From positions 32,001 through 96,000 of the forward strand of contig CAWJBB010000021.1 of the NCBI GenBank assembly GCA_963840855.1: a stretch of DNA of 64,000 bases, written 5' to 3'. A program made the translations under genes and the position numbers. Below the pieces are notes generated by a model. It was not told where the DNA came from, ran no database searches, and worked only from the letters and a program-made list of their open reading frames with translations. Shown one piece after another: positions 1-10,705 of the stretch. Position 1 is the stretch's first letter, and each line of letters begins with the position of its first letter. The DNA is from an uncultured delta proteobacterium. GTDB taxonomy: Bacteria > Desulfobacterota > Binatia > UBA9968.

Positions 1-1
1 C

Positions 2-478
2 CGCTTCACAAGCGACAATGCGCTGGCGCCGATTCAGCTCGCTTTCGCGGGAGTCTTCGATCGCTTTCCAAAATTACGCGTTTATTGGGCCGAGACTCAA
101 GTCGGTTGGCTCCCCTACTGTCTCTCGCAGATCGACGACAATTACGAGCGCAATCGCTACTGGGCCGAGCGCCAGTGGGGCATGGCGCCGCTCAAGCACA
201 AGCCCAGCGAGTATCTCTGCCAGCGCAATCTTTGGGGCTTCATGAAAGATCCCCTGGGCGTGCGGCTGCGCCACGATATCGGCGTCAAAGCGCTTTTGTG
301 GGGCAGCGACTTCGCCCACGCCACCGGCGACTGGCCGGAATCCCGCCGGGTGATCGACGAAACCTTCGTCGGCGTGCCGCCGGACGAACGCTACGCCATG
401 CTGGCCGGCAATGCCATAGAGTTCTTCAAGCTTAAGGATACGGTGCCGGATGTGAACGATCTAATCCGCGCGGCGTGA
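2..478 (+). CDS. Amidohydrolase_2 family protein, 5'-truncated by window edge
   Basis: Frame open from nt 2: GVFDRFPKLRVYWAETQVGWLPY...LLWGSDFAH...AMLAGNAIEFFKL, typical LigW/ACMSD-like C-terminus. Confidence 0.85.
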   Translation, partial: RFTSDNALAPIQLAFAGVFDRFPKLRVYWAETQVGWLPYCLSQIDDNYERNRYWAERQWGMAPLKHKPSEYLCQRNLWGFMKDPLGVRLRHDIGVKALLWGSDFAHATGDWPESRRVIDETFVGVPPDERYAMLAGNAIEFFKLKDTVPDVNDLIRAA

Positions 479-566
479 GAGATAGTGTGACGCCGCACAA
501 CGCGGCCCCGAAAGAAATCACAAAAATAACCGTGGTCCGACATAATAAAAAGTTTTTTCCAGCAAA

Positions 567-635
567 ATCCGTCCGCCCTGAGCGTGTCGAAGGGCTCCGG
601 AAAGGAACCTTTCGAGAGCCTCAGGGTGACCGGAT
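567..635. repeat. REP-like palindromic element (CCTGAGC...GTCGAAGG family)
   Basis: ATCCGTCCGCCCTGAGCGTGTCGAAGG...CCTTTCGAGAGCCTCAGGGTGACCGGAT hairpin; related copies at ~14700, 26048 and ~36805. Confidence 0.65.
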
Positions 636-663
636 CTTCCAGAAGTATCAGGTAGCCACTAAT

Positions 664-1787
664 ATGAAACGCATCGTCGCCACTATTCTGTCGCTCGGAT
701 TTCTCCTCACCGTTCCGATGGTCTCCGGCGCCGCCGAATCCAAGCAATCAGCTCGAAAGAAGAATGGGAAAAAACCGTTGAAGCGGCCAAAAAAGAGGGT
801 CAGATCACCGTGTACCATTGGGGCGCGCCGCTGATGCTCGATGCCGGCGCGTTTCAGAAAGCCTATCCTGAAATAAAAGTGACTACCGTCAGCGCCATGG
901 GAACGGAGCTGATGCAGCGGATCCTCGCGGAGCGGCGGGGCGAGAAATTCATTCCTGATGTCTACATCGCCGGCATCGCGTCGGCGGTGGTACTGCACAA
1001 GGCGAAAACTTTCGATCCGATTAAATATGCCTTGATCCTGCCCGAGGTGAGCGACGAATCCAAATGGTGGCGCGGCAAACATACCTACGGCGACGCCGAA
1101 CGGAACACCATTTTCACGTTTACCAAGAGTCCCGATTACGGCAGCATCGGTATTAACACGAAGCTGGTGGATCCCACCGAGTTCCGCTCCTATTGGGATT
1201 TCCTGCAACCCAAATGGCGATCGAGAATCGTCGTCCAAGATCTCCGCGGCGGCGGGCCGGGCTCCACGCCGTTGCGCTTCATGTATTACAATCCTGACCT
1301 GGGAGCCAAATTTCTGCGCCAGCTTTACAGCGCCATGGACGCAACCCTCTATCGGGATAACCGATTGGCCCTGGACTGGCTTGGCAGCGGCAAATTCTCC
1401 ATCGCTTTCTTCGTTCAAAAAGTGGAGGAAGCAGAAACAAAGGGCCTGCCGGTCGTGCAGTTCAAGCAAACGATGAAGGAAGGCGTCGGCCTCTCGTCTC
1501 GTGTCGGCCATATGGCGCTGCTGAACCGCGCCCCCCATCCCAACGCCGCCAAAGTCTTTATCAACTGGTTCCTGTCCCGCGAAGGACAAGATCTCTTCCA
1601 GAAACTTCAGGTCACCGCCCGCGATCCGGCGGACTCGCTGAGGATTGACATTGCCAAAAATCAGATTCCGTTAGCCGACCGCAGGCAAGACGGGGTTAAA
1701 TATATCGACCTCGATGAGCATAAAGTGTTTGACCCTACTCCCGCCATCCAGTTGGTCAAGGAGACCCTGGGGGAAATCGGCAAGTAG
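664..1787 (+). CDS. ABC transporter extracellular solute-binding protein (Fe3+/polyamine-like), frameshift near 755
   Basis: Signal peptide MKRIVATILSLG in one frame joins EWEKTVEAAKKEG...APHPNAAKVFINWFLSREGQ in the next. Confidence 0.8.
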
Positions 1788-1903
1788 AAACACGGTCAGA
1801 AGTATGACGCTCTTGAACCAGGACAGAAAGTCGTCGAAGAAGCGCCCGCACAGGCGGGAAAAAAATAGTTACGATTCAATCGCTGATTCAGTTCATTACC
1901 TCC

Positions 1904-2164
1904 ATGCCGGCGAAAGTTAAACGACCCCGAAAGACGAGAAAAACGCCTAGTTGCCCAGAATGCGGCGCCGTGGCGGTGATTCCCGTCGTCCACGGCATTC
2001 CTAGTCCCGTGCTACAAAAAGCGATAAAGGAAGGCAAAGCGATCATCTCCAACCGCGAAGAATGGGAAGGCATGACCGAATGGTACTGCAAAGCCTGCGG
2101 CTGCGACTGGAGCGGCCGCTGGCGGAGATTCAAAAAAGTTGGAAGTGTTAACGCCACGCGTTAG
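1904..2164 (+). CDS. Small zinc-ribbon hypothetical protein
   Basis: CPECG and WYCKACGCDW cysteine pairs. Confidence 0.65.
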   Translation: MPAKVKRPRKTRKTPSCPECGAVAVIPVVHGIPSPVLQKAIKEGKAIISNREEWEGMTEWYCKACGCDWSGRWRRFKKVGSVNATR

Positions 2165-2246
2165 AACGGGAAAACCACGGCGCAGACACGATTAAACATT
2201 ACGGGGCGCGGGCGACAATACCCACCGCAGACGCCTTAAAAAAATC

Positions 2247-3611
2247 ATGGACGCTCTGACTCGCCAGATGGCGGACTTCGCCAGCCGACTTTCCTACGAG
2301 CAACTGCCCATGGCGGTGGTCGCCGCCGCCCGACGTTTTCTCGTGGACACTTTGGCTTGCGCCATCACGGCGCGCGATTGCGAATCGGTTTGGATCGGGC
2401 TTCGCCTGGCGGAAGGCGCGGCGCCGGCGCGTTATCCGGGGCGCATAATTTGCCATAGTCAAAGGTCATCCGCTGAAAGCGCCGCATTCGTGAATACGGC
2501 GATGATTCGTAATCTCGATTTTAACGACCAGTATCCCGGCGGCCACCCCAGCGACTGCGTCGGCGCATTTCTGGCGATTGCCGAAGCGGCCAATACGGAC
2601 GGCCGCCGTCTCATCTCAGCCATGGTCGTCGCGTACGAGCTCTTCGTCCGCATCAGTGACGCCACCGGACTGCGTTATAAAGGTTGGGATCAGGGCTTTG
2701 CAGCTGGTATCGGAACCGCAGCCGGTGTCGGCCATCTGCTTCGCCTGCCACCGGAGCAGATCGCCGAAGCCATCGCCATTATTGCAGTCGCCAATATTCC
2801 CATGCGTAACACGCGCGCCGGCGAGCTTTCGCTCTGGAAAGGCGCGGCAACTGCTTTTGCCACCCGTAATGGTATTTTTGCCGCGCTGCTCGCCGCCGAA
2901 GGGATGACGGGTCCAGACCGGCCCTTTGAAGGCAAACATGGTTTGTGGGATCTGATCACGGGCCCATTCAAGTTCGCGCCGCTGCCGACGGAGGGCGGCC
3001 CCTACCGCTCGCCGGATGTGCAACTCAAGGCTTGGCCCGTAGAGTACAACGCCCAGTTGCCGGTTTGGGCGGCGCTGGAGCTGCGCTCGAAAGTCGATTG
3101 GCGCGATTTAGCCGACATCGATATCGGCACCTACACCTTTGCTTACACCGAAATCGGCAGCGAGCCGGAAAAATGGGACCCGAAAACAAGAGAAACCGCC
3201 GATCACAGCATGCCGTATATTTTCGCCAAGGTTCTGGTCGATGGAACCATCGGCATCCAGGCATTCGAAGAATCCGCCTACCGCGATGCTTCCATACGTC
3301 CACTGATGAACAAGATTCACATCCATCTCGACGATGAAGTTACCGGCATGTATCCCGGTGTCGTCGCCATGAGAGTGCGCGCAAGACTCAATAACGGGCA
3401 GGTTATCGAGCTATTTCCCCGCGATCCCCTGGGCCACACCAATAACCCGATGAAAGACCAGGACGTGCGGACAAAGTTCACGGAGAACAGCGAGCTGGTT
3501 CTGGGGGCCGAACAAACAGCCACGATTTTGGAAGGGTGGTGGAAGATCGCCGATCTTTCCGCTATGGAGTTGGCTGGCGCTCTCGATCTGTTGGACAAAG
3601 GGCGTGATTAA
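2247..3611 (+). CDS. MmgE/PrpD family protein (2-methylcitrate dehydratase-like)
   Basis: RNLDFND, GHPSD, WKG, TADHSMPY motifs; 454 aa. Confidence 0.9.
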   Translation: MDALTRQMADFASRLSYEQLPMAVVAAARRFLVDTLACAITARDCESVWIGLRLAEGAAPARYPGRIICHSQRSSAESAAFVNTAMIRNLDFNDQYPGGHPSDCVGAFLAIAEAANTDGRRLISAMVVAYELFVRISDATGLRYKGWDQGFAAGIGTAAGVGHLLRLPPEQIAEAIAIIAVANIPMRNTRAGELSLWKGAATAFATRNGIFAALLAAEGMTGPDRPFEGKHGLWDLITGPFKFAPLPTEGGPYRSPDVQLKAWPVEYNAQLPVWAALELRSKVDWRDLADIDIGTYTFAYTEIGSEPEKWDPKTRETADHSMPYIFAKVLVDGTIGIQAFEESAYRDASIRPLMNKIHIHLDDEVTGMYPGVVAMRVRARLNNGQVIELFPRDPLGHTNNPMKDQDVRTKFTENSELVLGAEQTATILEGWWKIADLSAMELAGALDLLDKGRD

Positions 3612-3616
3612 TTCGC

Positions 3617-3685
3617 TTCAAAGTTCAAAGCAAAGACAGGGATCCTTAGATCCCAACATTGAACTTTGAACATTGAACGTTGAAC
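3617..3685. repeat. Inverted heptamer tandem-repeat element
   Basis: TTCAAAGTTCAAAG ... TTGAACTTTGAACATTGAACGTTGAAC. Confidence 0.8.
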
Positions 3686-3752
3686 TCGGAATGGAAGCCA
3701 TAGGCCAAGACCGCGCGCTCCCGATGTTTTTCAGCGAGATGGCCTGTAAGGT

Positions 3753-3774
3753 TTGACAATGACTGCACATTGTC
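3753..3774 (+). promoter_or_regulatory. Putative -35 (TTGACA) overlapped by palindrome GACAATG-N6-CATTGTC
   Basis: Perfect 7-bp inverted repeat just upstream of the FAH gene. Confidence 0.45.
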
Positions 3775-3777
3775 GCA

Positions 3778-4725
3778 ATGATAAGCGCAATTTCCACCAG
3801 GGAGGTCATACCTTTGAAGATCCTACGGTTTAATGACGACCGGATCGGCGTCATCAAGAATGGAAATATGGTTGTGGACGTAAGCGACACAATCAGCGCG
3901 CGCAAGGCCAAAGGGCCCCAGCGGGTGATGGAAGAAATCATCGAAGGGTGGCGTAAGTACCGCCGCCGCTTCGAAAAAGTACTCGCAGAGCAAGCCGGTG
4001 TGCCGCTGGATAGCGTGCAGCTTCGCAGCCCCCTGGCACGCCCCGGCAAGTTTCTCGCCGCCTTCAGCAATTATATCGACCGCGCAGGACGCACCGCGGA
4101 CAATTTCCCCAACGAATATTTCTACAAATCGCCCGATCTCGTGGGCCCCGGGGAAAGCGTCGAATTGAGAGACATTCCGGCCTGCGTGGTTTACCAACCG
4201 GAAGCGGAATTTTCATTCGTCATCGGCAAGACCGCCAAAGACGTTCCGGAAAAAAAGGCGCTGGACTATGTGTTCGGTTATGTGCCGACTTTCGATATTT
4301 CGACCCGGGGTCTGGTGCGCCGGACGCAATTTATCGGCAAGGGGCAAAGCAGTCATGGCTGCTGCGGCCCGTGGATCATCACCAAAGACGAAATCCCCGA
4401 CCCCCACAATGTTGTCGTGAAATCATGGAACAACGGCGAGCCCAGGCAGAATTACAATACCAGCAATATGGCGCACAAAATTCCCAATCAGATCGCCTGG
4501 CTCACGAAATTCGTCCAGCTCTCGCCGGGCGACGTCGTCGCCACCGGCACATTTCACGAAGGGTTGATGCCGATAAACCCGGGCGACACCATCGAAATCG
4601 AGTTCGAGAACCTGGGCCGGGCGAAATTTCTCGTCACCGGCAACAGTCCGCGCAAGACGGTGGACTGGCTGCCTGGACGCGACCAGCCCAAGCCGCCCGA
4701 AGGCGGCGGTATCCATAAGGTCTGA
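3778..4725 (+). CDS. Fumarylacetoacetate hydrolase family protein (true start probably TTG ~3814)
   Basis: EAEFSFVIGK, GPWIITKDE, LSPGDVVATGT; GGAGG RBS before the TTG. Confidence 0.9.
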   Translation: MISAISTREVIPLKILRFNDDRIGVIKNGNMVVDVSDTISARKAKGPQRVMEEIIEGWRKYRRRFEKVLAEQAGVPLDSVQLRSPLARPGKFLAAFSNYIDRAGRTADNFPNEYFYKSPDLVGPGESVELRDIPACVVYQPEAEFSFVIGKTAKDVPEKKALDYVFGYVPTFDISTRGLVRRTQFIGKGQSSHGCCGPWIITKDEIPDPHNVVVKSWNNGEPRQNYNTSNMAHKIPNQIAWLTKFVQLSPGDVVATGTFHEGLMPINPGDTIEIEFENLGRAKFLVTGNSPRKTVDWLPGRDQPKPPEGGGIHKV

Positions 4726-4736
4726 CGGCGAAACAG

Positions 4737-4819
4737 TTCGAGTCACGGGTCAAGCGTCAAGGATTGAAGGATTTGAAATGAATTCTAACTCGAGACTCCA
4801 GACTCGAGACTCTGGACTG
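4737..4819. repeat. Heptamer tandem-repeat element (GACTCGA type) between convergent genes
   Basis: ACTCGAGACTCCAGACTCGAGACTCTGGACT with opposing TCGAGTC arm. Confidence 0.55.
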
Positions 4820-4824
4820 CCGGT

Positions 4825-5595
4825 TCATACTTCATCCTTTCTGAGCATCCCCCAGTGCCACGGCAACAGCGCGCGGTGCGCGAAATTGAAAAGCAGATTG
4901 AGCGCGTAGCCCAAGACCGCAAGCGCAAGCATCCCGGCGTACATCTGCGCGACCTTGAAGCGCCGCTGGGAATCGAGAATAAAATAGCCGATCCCATCGG
5001 TGCTGCCCACCATTTCCGAAATCACGACAAGAATGAGCGTGATCGGCAAGCTAATTCGCAGGCCGGTCATGATTTGCGGCGAGCACGCAGGTAGGACCAC
5101 CTGCCAAATGATTTTTACGTGGGATAGACCGAAGGTCTGGGCGGTGTTCAAGAGCAGCCGGTCGATATTTCGTACGCCGTCGAGTGTATTGAGCAGGATC
5201 GGCCAGGCGCAGGAAAAAAAGATCACAAAGATCTTCATCTCGTCTTCCAGGCCGAAAAACAGCAGCGCCACTGGAATCACCACCGGCGGTGGAACCGGCC
5301 GGAGCATTTCAATCACGACTTCCAGGGCGCGATAGCAACCGTCGAAAAGCCCCATCAGAATTCCCAGCGGGATAAAAACCGCCGCGGCCAAAAAGTAGCC
5401 AATGGCTGCCCGTTTCATGCTCGCGAGGATCTGCAGCGGTATATCGCCGGCGGCCACGAGTGATCCGAAGGATGCGAAGATTTTGCTCAGAGGCGGAACG
5501 ATCAATGGATTGACCCATTCCGACCGGGAGGCCAGCTCCCAGACAAAGAACAAAGCGAGCAGGAACAAGATGCCGTCGAGCTTCGATTCACGCAT
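4825..5595 (-). CDS. NitT/TauT-family ABC permease
   Basis: LRPVPP, EAA-like loop, SEMVGSTDGIG. Confidence 0.9.
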   Translation of the reverse strand: MRESKLDGILFLLALFFVWELASRSEWVNPLIVPPLSKIFASFGSLVAAGDIPLQILASMKRAAIGYFLAAAVFIPLGILMGLFDGCYRALEVVIEMLRPVPPPVVIPVALLFFGLEDEMKIFVIFFSCAWPILLNTLDGVRNIDRLLLNTAQTFGLSHVKIIWQVVLPACSPQIMTGLRISLPITLILVVISEMVGSTDGIGYFILDSQRRFKVAQMYAGMLALAVLGYALNLLFNFAHRALLPWHWGMLRKDEV

Positions 5596-5597
5596 GA

Positions 5598-6377
5598 CTA
5601 AGCCGACTCGCGTGCGATCATGCCGCGGCGCCAGCGCAGCGCCGTTGTTTCCAACACGAGAAAGAGCCGGTTGAGCGCGTAGCCCAGGACCGCCACGACG
5701 ATAATCCCGGCATACATATTGCCGCTGTTAAAAGAGCGCTCCTGATCCAGAATAAAAAAGCCCATCCCGCGGCTGCCGGCGATCATCTCCGCGGTGGTAA
5801 CCAAAATCAGCGCGATGGACAGACTGATTCTCAGGCCGGTCGCGATATAGGGCGAGGCGGCGGGCAAAATAATCCGCCACAGAATCAGCCGGCGGCTCAA
5901 GCCAAAGGTGCGCGCGGTATCGATGAGCGTCGGCTCGATATTTCTAACTCCGTCGATGGTGTTTACCAGCATGGGCCACAGGCTCGCGTATACCGTCACC
6001 GCCACGATCATGCGGTCGCCGATGCCGAGCGCAAGAACAGCGACCGGAATGATCGCCACCGACGGCATCGGACGCAAGAATTCGATGAGGGTTTCCAATA
6101 GACTATAGGCGAAGCGAAAATAGCCGAGCAGGATGCCCAACGAAACGGCGAGCAGGGCAGCGATCACGTAGCCTTCGAGAAAGCGGCTGAGGGTTGACAG
6201 CAAATGACCGGCGACTTGCCCCGATACGAACAATTGAGCGAGGGCGGCGAAAATTTGGCTCACCGGCGGGATGTAAAATTGCAGCGTGGGGCTCGCACGC
6301 GCGCCGTATTCCCACAGTGAAAGCAGTATCGCCAACACCAGCCAGCCGAGCCAGTTGAATTTTTTGCCGCCGTTCAT
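5598..6377 (-). CDS. NitT/TauT-family ABC permease
   Basis: [24 protein letters not shown]; start MNGGKK overlaps ATPase stop. Confidence 0.9.
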   Translation of the reverse strand: MNGGKKFNWLGWLVLAILLSLWEYGARASPTLQFYIPPVSQIFAALAQLFVSGQVAGHLLSTLSRFLEGYVIAALLAVSLGILLGYFRFAYSLLETLIEFLRPMPSVAIIPVAVLALGIGDRMIVAVTVYASLWPMLVNTIDGVRNIEPTLIDTARTFGLSRRLILWRIILPAASPYIATGLRISLSIALILVTTAEMIAGSRGMGFFILDQERSFNSGNMYAGIIVVAVLGYALNRLFLVLETTALRWRRGMIARESA

Positions 6378-7144
6378 GGCGCGTGGCCGATCTGGCGATA
6401 GATTTCGTTGCGCATAGCCATGAAGCCCGCCTCGGCGCGGGTCGCCAACTGGTTGCGCGGCCGGGGAAACTCGACCAGCAACTCCTGGATGATTTGCGAC
6501 GGGCGGCGGCTTAAAACCCAGATGCGATCGGACAGATAGATCGCTTCCTCGATGTCGTGAGTGATAAAGAGAATCGTCGTTTTGAGCTCGGCCCACACTC
6601 GGAGCAGCGTGTCTTCTAGCTCCAAACGCGTGAGCGCGTCGAGAGAGCCGAACGGCTCGTCCATCAAGAGCACCTCCGGCTCATAGGCGAGCGCGCGGGC
6701 GATGGCGACCCGCTGTTGCATGCCGCCGGAAAGCTCCCAGGGATAATGTTTCTCAAAACCTTTGAGGCCGACGATATCGATCAGCTCCCTGGTCCTCGAC
6801 TCGGCGCCGGTTGAGCGGTCGCCGCGCGCCTCCAAACCGAAGCGCACGTTGCCCAGTATGGTGCGCCAGGCGAACAAGGACTTGTTGTATTCCTGAAAAA
6901 TCAAAACGAGGTTGGGCGGCGGCCCTTTGACTTCCTTACCTTTGACGATCACCCGGCCCGAAGTCGGCTCGATCAATCCCGCAACGGTCATTAACAGAGT
7001 CGTTTTGCCGCAGCCGGACGGTCCGACAAAGGAAACGAACTCCCCCGCTTCCACCCGGCAAGTGACGTTGCCGATGGCAAGTGTGCTCTCGCCGTGCAGT
7101 TGACGATAGCTCTTGGAGAGATTTTCAACTTCGAGGATCGGCAT
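6374..7144 (-). CDS. NitT/TauT-family ABC ATPase
   Basis: Walker [17 protein letters not shown], Walker B LLMDEPF. Confidence 0.95.
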   Translation of the reverse strand: MPILEVENLSKSYRQLHGESTLAIGNVTCRVEAGEFVSFVGPSGCGKTTLLMTVAGLIEPTSGRVIVKGKEVKGPPPNLVLIFQEYNKSLFAWRTILGNVRFGLEARGDRSTGAESRTRELIDIVGLKGFEKHYPWELSGGMQQRVAIARALAYEPEVLLMDEPFGSLDALTRLELEDTLLRVWAELKTTILFITHDIEEAIYLSDRIWVLSRRPSQIIQELLVEFPRPRNQLATRAEAGFMAMRNEIYRQIGHAP

Positions 7145-7152
7145 GGGGAAGA

Positions 7153-7198
7153 AGGAGTGATGGAGTATTGGAGTCTGAGAGAAACCCATCACTCCATC
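7153..7198. repeat. Inverted octamer repeat element (TGGAGTRA type) inside ABC operon
   Basis: GGAGTGATGGAGTATTGGAGT...CCCATCACTCCATC; similar element at 56164-56239. Confidence 0.65.
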
Positions 7199-7202
7199 AG
7201 AT

Positions 7203-8165
7203 TCACCCCTTCGGCGCCAAGTCGCTGATGACGTCCCTCGCCTTGAGCGCGCGGGGGATCAGCTTGTACTTCTGTGTGAGGTCGATGGTGACTTGCAGGT
7301 CTTTTTCCGACACCCCCTTTTCAAAAACCGGCAGGGGGATCTTGCCGGCCAAATCCGGATTCAAGCCGGTCCACTTGACGATTGCGTCCCGGCTGCCCTT
7401 GGGGTCGGCACCAACGGCGTCGATGCCGCGGTTGAGAGCCGCAATGAATGCCTGCGCGGTCTGCTTATTTTTTTGCAGCCATTTTTCCGACGCAAACCAA
7501 CTGGCGATGAGGAATTTCCCGATCACATCGCTCCACGGGTTGGCGAGCACCCGGGCGACGTCCTTGGCCAGCGCCGCGCTAGGAAAGGGCTCTTGCGCGC
7601 TGGCGGCGTCGATTTTACCAGCCACAAGGGCGGCTTCCATCTGCGGAAACGGTATCTCGACGAATTTCACCTTGGCGGAGCTTGCGCCGTTTTTGTCGAG
7701 CCATGCCAGCGCCATGAGATGAACGATATTATTCAACGTGTTCACCGCCACGGTCTTGCCTTCGAGATCCTTCGCGCTGTTTATGGGCGACCCTTTCGCC
7801 ACCAAGAGCGCATGGGTATCGTTGGTCCCTTTGACGTTGGTGGCACCGCCGGCGATGAACTTGAAATCGAACCCCTCCACGTGCGCCTGGTAAAGGGAAA
7901 TCACGTTGGTCCAGCCGATCTGGAGATCGCCGGAGGTGACGCCTTGCACGATCACGGCGCCGCCCGCCATCGGCAGGGTTTCGAGCTCTAGCCCCGCAGC
8001 TTTGAAGAATCCCCGCTCCATGGCGACGAACATCGGCGCGTTGTCGACGATCTTCATGTAACCCAACTTGCCTTTGGTCTGCGCCCAGCTGCGCCCGCTC
8101 AAGAGCGGCAAGCCGGCGGCGGCAACGGTCACTTTTCCGAGAAAATCGCGGCGTGTGAGTCCCAT
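7203..8165 (-). CDS. TauA/NMT1-like ABC substrate-binding protein with Tat signal
   Basis: TRRDFL twin-arginine motif; SsuA/TauA-like sequence. Confidence 0.9.
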   Translation of the reverse strand: MGLTRRDFLGKVTVAAAGLPLLSGRSWAQTKGKLGYMKIVDNAPMFVAMERGFFKAAGLELETLPMAGGAVIVQGVTSGDLQIGWTNVISLYQAHVEGFDFKFIAGGATNVKGTNDTHALLVAKGSPINSAKDLEGKTVAVNTLNNIVHLMALAWLDKNGASSAKVKFVEIPFPQMEAALVAGKIDAASAQEPFPSAALAKDVARVLANPWSDVIGKFLIASWFASEKWLQKNKQTAQAFIAALNRGIDAVGADPKGSRDAIVKWTGLNPDLAGKIPLPVFEKGVSEKDLQVTIDLTQKYKLIPRALKARDVISDLAPKG

Positions 8166-8259
8166 AGTCTTCCCCCTGAAGCGGTAAGCTGAGATTTTCG
8201 CCCAACGCTAACCGCTAACTCGAAACAGGTCAAGCGCTGGCATTGTCAGGAACGATTCG

Positions 8260-8394
8260 GTTCAAGGTTCAAAGTTCAATGGCTTCGCCTGTTCAACGTT
8301 CAAGGGTCAATGTTCAACGTCCCCACGTCCCAACTTTGAACTTTGAACGTGAAACCTTGAACCGCGCCGAAGGCGCCACGTTGAACATTGAACC
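8260..8394. repeat. Inverted heptamer tandem-repeat element
   Basis: (GTTCAAN)x~7 ... (TTGAACN)x~6. Confidence 0.85.
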
Positions 8395-8527
8395 GCGCGC
8401 AGGTTTCACTGCGCCGCCGATTGACAACTCCGGGGCGCTGCCGCAAAGATAGCGCTGCATCTTTCTTACGAATAACAGTCATGACCGGGCAGGAAAAAGC
8501 GCGCGCCGCACATAGAATTGGAAGCCT

Positions 8528-9313
8528 ATGCTGATCGACGCTCATGTCCACCTAGACAGATATGGCGACCTGCTCGACGACGCTTTACGGGAAATCGGAC
8601 AGGGACGGATATTCACCGTGGCCACGGCGATGGACGCGCCGTCGTACGCCCAACTCAAGATAATCGCCGATCGATCGCCGCTGGTCCTGCCGACGTTCGG
8701 CGTCCATCCTAGACGCGCGCGGCAATATGCCGGTCGTTTGCACGAAATGGATTCGCTCATTGAGGGCAGTCCAGCCATCGGCGAGATCGGCCTCGATTTT
8801 CACTGGGAGAAGGACGCGTCGACCTTTCCGGCGCAGGTTAAAGTCCTTGAATATTTCTTCGCCGCCGCCCGCGAGCAGAACAAATTCGTGAACCTTCACA
8901 CCAAGGGCGGAGAGAAAGAGATCCTTAATCTACTCGAAAAGTACGACGTTCGACGCCCCATCATCCACTGGTTCTCCGGCCCGCTAGATATCCTGCGCGC
9001 AATGATTCAGTACGGCTGCTATTTCACGGTGGGCGTCGAAGTGCATCATTCAAATCACATCAAAGCCATCGCCGACGAGATTCCCGATCAATTGCTTTTG
9101 ACCGAAACCGATAACCCGGGTGGATTGAAATGGTTGAAAGGCGAACTTGGCATGCCAAGGGCCATTGCAAACGTCGTCGAAACGGTGGCTGCATTACGGC
9201 AGTCAACACCGGAGCGAATCGAACGACTCGTTCACGGGAACTTCGCACGCTTGATCAAAGACGACCCGTGGCTTCAGGACACACAAGCGCTTTTAGCCCG
9301 GCCGGAGGGTTAG
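8528..9313 (+). CDS. tatD: TatD family deoxyribonuclease
   Basis: IDAHVH, GVHP, IGEIGLDF, LLTETDNP. Confidence 0.9.
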   Translation: MLIDAHVHLDRYGDLLDDALREIGQGRIFTVATAMDAPSYAQLKIIADRSPLVLPTFGVHPRRARQYAGRLHEMDSLIEGSPAIGEIGLDFHWEKDASTFPAQVKVLEYFFAAAREQNKFVNLHTKGGEKEILNLLEKYDVRRPIIHWFSGPLDILRAMIQYGCYFTVGVEVHHSNHIKAIADEIPDQLLLTETDNPGGLKWLKGELGMPRAIANVVETVAALRQSTPERIERLVHGNFARLIKDDPWLQDTQALLARPEG

Positions 9314-9551
9314 CGGTCTACCTCGCGTCTCGGATCGTAGCTGAAACTAAAAACCCTAGACCGCGCCGGCGTTACGGCCAAAGCTTTTTTGAAGCACTCT
9401 TCCTTTTCCAATTCATTTACGCAGCGGTTGGCGTAGTGAGCGTCAGCGGATCTTCTTCGCGTCGGCTTTCAGTCGAACGTAACGCTTGGATTTGTTAGTG
9501 TCAGATTGCGTTCCCGCGAACACAATCCAGCACGGCAGGAGGTCCATTAGT

Positions 9552-10484
9552 ATGTTGGAATCTTACGCGAAGGAAATTACTCCGAAACTTGTTGACATGG
9601 GCATTGACGCGGCCCAAACGTCGCTGCGCATTGCGCTGGTCGTCATTGCCGCCTATGTCGGCATCAAAGTCTTACGCATCGCCCTCGATAACCTGGAACG
9701 GCTGCTCATTCGTGCCGCAGAACTCACCGAACGCGTCCCCGACGCGGGGAGTCAACGCATCAAGACCCTCATCGGCGTGCTGCGTACGATTGCGGTGATG
9801 CTGGTCTGGTTCGTTGCGGTCGTGACTTCCTTGAGCCATATCGGCGTCAACATCGGCCCGATTCTCGCCGGAGCCGGTGTCGTCGGACTGGCCGTGGGCT
9901 TTGGCGCGCAGAATCTCGTGCGCGATCTCGTGAGCGGCTTTTTTCTGATTCTCGAAAACCAGGTGCGCGTCGGCGATGTCGCGGTGATCAACGGTACCGG
10001 CGGGCTCGTCGAACGCATCAGTTTCCGTACCATCGTGTTGCGTGATCTCGAAGGCGTGGTTCACGTTTTTCCCAATGGGACAGTTAACACGCTCGCCAAC
10101 CGATCCAAAGAGTGGTCCGCCTACGTTCTCGATATCGCCGTGGCCTATAAAGAAGACACCGACCGGGTGGTCGAAATCATGCGCCGGGTTGGCATGAGGA
10201 TGCAATCGGAAGCGCCCTACGGTTCGTTGATGATCGAACCCATCGAGATATTTGGCGTCGATCAATTCGCTGACTCGGCGGTGAATATCAAGGCGCGATT
10301 GAAAACCCTGCCGCTGCAGCAATGGACCGTGGGACGGGAGTACCGCCGCAGACTTAAGAAGGCCTTTGACGGCGAGGGAATCGGGACTCCGTTTCCGCAC
10401 CGCACACTCTACATGGGCGAGACGAGCGCGCCGTTTCAGTTTGTGATGAAAGGGACCGACGGCGCTGTCGAAACTCGCAACTAG
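9552..10484 (+). CDS. MscS-family mechanosensitive channel (YbiO-like)
   Basis: LAGAGVVGLAVGFGAQNLVRD, GDV, FPNG; AGGAGG RBS before ATG 9552. Confidence 0.9.
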   Translation: MLESYAKEITPKLVDMGIDAAQTSLRIALVVIAAYVGIKVLRIALDNLERLLIRAAELTERVPDAGSQRIKTLIGVLRTIAVMLVWFVAVVTSLSHIGVNIGPILAGAGVVGLAVGFGAQNLVRDLVSGFFLILENQVRVGDVAVINGTGGLVERISFRTIVLRDLEGVVHVFPNGTVNTLANRSKEWSAYVLDIAVAYKEDTDRVVEIMRRVGMRMQSEAPYGSLMIEPIEIFGVDQFADSAVNIKARLKTLPLQQWTVGREYRRRLKKAFDGEGIGTPFPHRTLYMGETSAPFQFVMKGTDGAVETRN

Positions 10485-10502
10485 CGCGGTTTATTCATAA
10501 AC

Positions 10503-10603
10503 GGTTCAACGTTTAAGGTTCAATGTTCAACGTATTTCCCTCCTTTGTTGCATTCGCACAATCGCGATCCCTGACTTTGAACGTTGAACTTTGAACCTTG
10601 AAC
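10503..10603. repeat. Inverted heptamer tandem-repeat element
   Basis: GGTTCAACGTTTAAGGTTCAATGTTCAAC ... TTTGAACGTTGAACTTTGAACCTTGAAC. Confidence 0.85.
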
Positions 10604-10705
10604 GGAGTTTCATGCCTGCCGTCCCTCTTCCCATTTTTCCCGAAGCGTGTACATTGAGTTGAATTATTTCTTCAAAACGGGCACCTGCGGAGTATACCCG
10701 ACACC

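Noticed and set aside
8243-8551. Short ORFs such as 8243-8452, 39272-39496, 49705-49959 and 43148-43330
   Set aside because: They are translations of the tandem repeats (FKVQSS, LNFEP-like peptides) with no protein features
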